From a virus (taxonomy: Duplodnaviria > Caudoviricetes), in IMG/VR virus record IMGVR_UViG_3300014208_000023, positions 256,001-320,000 of that record: 64,000 bases of DNA; one strand, written 5' to 3'. Below the pieces are notes generated by a model that was not told where the DNA came from, searched no databases, and worked only from the letters and a program-made list of their open reading frames with translations. Positions 63,605 to 64,000 of this stretch are shown in pieces. A program made the translations under genes and the position numbers. How positions within the stretch are numbered: position 1 is the stretch's first letter; the number at the start of each line of letters is the position of its first letter.

Positions 63605-64000
63605 TTAGCGACGCCATGGATTGTATTGATTTACAACTATACCAGGAGTGGGTAGCTGAGGGGCAGGCATTACCGGCATTTCATCGGCAACCTCTTGTGG
63701 GTCGATACCTATAGCTTGGCGTATATTTTGGCGAGCTTCCCGCATTTGATCCGCAATACCCTGTCTTGCTGCCGGAGTTACTTGAGCCACCTCTACCGGC
63801 TGATTATTTGTATATCCTCTTGGAATTCCCATTCCCGCCGCCACTTGCATATCAAAGTTCCCCCAATTTGCTCTATATGGGGTTCTGGCTGGCGCTGGGG
63901 CAGCAATCTCTTCGAACAAGTCATTCGTAGGCATCTTAAACTTTGGTGTCTTTTTAGGTTTTGGCCTAGCTTCACTTATGACCTTTATATTGCAGACGGT
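63605..64000 (-). CDS. Hypothetical P/Q/A-rich protein, partial
   Basis: The frame is open from the window end (TVCNIKVISEARPKPK...) through ATG 63934, so the gene may start outside the window. Confidence 0.7.
   Translation of the reverse strand, partial: TVCNIKVISEARPKPKKTPKFKMPTNDLFEEIAAPAPARTPYRANWGNFDMQVAAGMGIPRGYTNNQPVEVAQVTPAARQGIADQMREARQNIRQAIGIDPQEVADEMPVMPAPQLPTPGIVVNQYNPWRR

Noticed and set aside
646-63975. Many short antisense or nested ORFs in the track (e.g. 646-969, 3583-3885, 16169-16654, 43818-44210, 54516-56930 minus)
   Set aside because: They lie opposite well-supported genes, lack motifs and RBS, and have shadow-ORF composition.
1-64000. tRNA/rRNA genes, CRISPR arrays, stop-codon reassignment
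   Set aside because: Intergenic gaps are mostly under ~120 nt with no T-loop or repeat-spacer pattern seen by eye; TAG, TGA and TAA all end full-length genes. tRNAscan-SE/Infernal would confirm.
1-64000. Interpretation as an NCLDV or an ordinary bacterial chromosome
   Set aside because: Operonic overlaps, SD sites, a sigma70 promoter, DnaE, bS21 and DksA argue against NCLDV; ORFan density, free-standing endonucleases, a T4-like kinase, a tail fibre and the absence of core operons argue against a chromosome. A whole-contig check for terminase/capsid genes would be decisive.

Overview
This is a densely packed (frequent ATGA stop/start overlaps), AT-rich, mostly minus-strand segment in the standard genetic code. 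It is best read as part of a jumbo/huge bacteriophage genome; that assignment is an inference from bacterial-type DnaE, SbcCD, TopA, a T4-like dNMP kinase, bS21, trigger factor, PDF, DksA and HU genes mixed with many ORFans and homing endonucleases, with no NCLDV hallmark genes or bacterial core operons. Region 1-26 kb holds replication, recombination and host-translation takeover genes. Region 26-38 kb holds nucleoid and transcription factors, a SET methyltransferase, a rhamnose-pathway pair, a degenerate Thg1, Ung and tandem AAA ATPases. Region 38.8-54.5 kb is a ~16 kb, essentially soluble glycan-assembly cluster: Gmd, Fcl, ColD, a non-epimerising Fcl paralogue, an NDP-sugar C-methyltransferase, three other methyltransferase domains and up to eight glycosyltransferase domains, including GT11 and a methyltransferase-GT2-GT6 fusion. 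It is transcribed divergently from a 914-aa tail-fibre-like gene. The leading candidate new system is autonomous virion glycosylation with a blood-group-like, methylated, deoxy-sugar glycan. Other highlights are pseudoenzymes with coordinated active-site loss (Thg1-like, PPP-like), an unannotated 33-aa basic peptide behind an SD-sequestering RNA switch, a CRIPT-like zinc mini-protein, a recurring TGATATA(T/G/A) promoter-like motif, a leaderless headless/tailless FtsK and a frameshifted HNH. I saw no tRNA, rRNA or CRISPR array by eye. All family assignments come from motif recognition without database searches.
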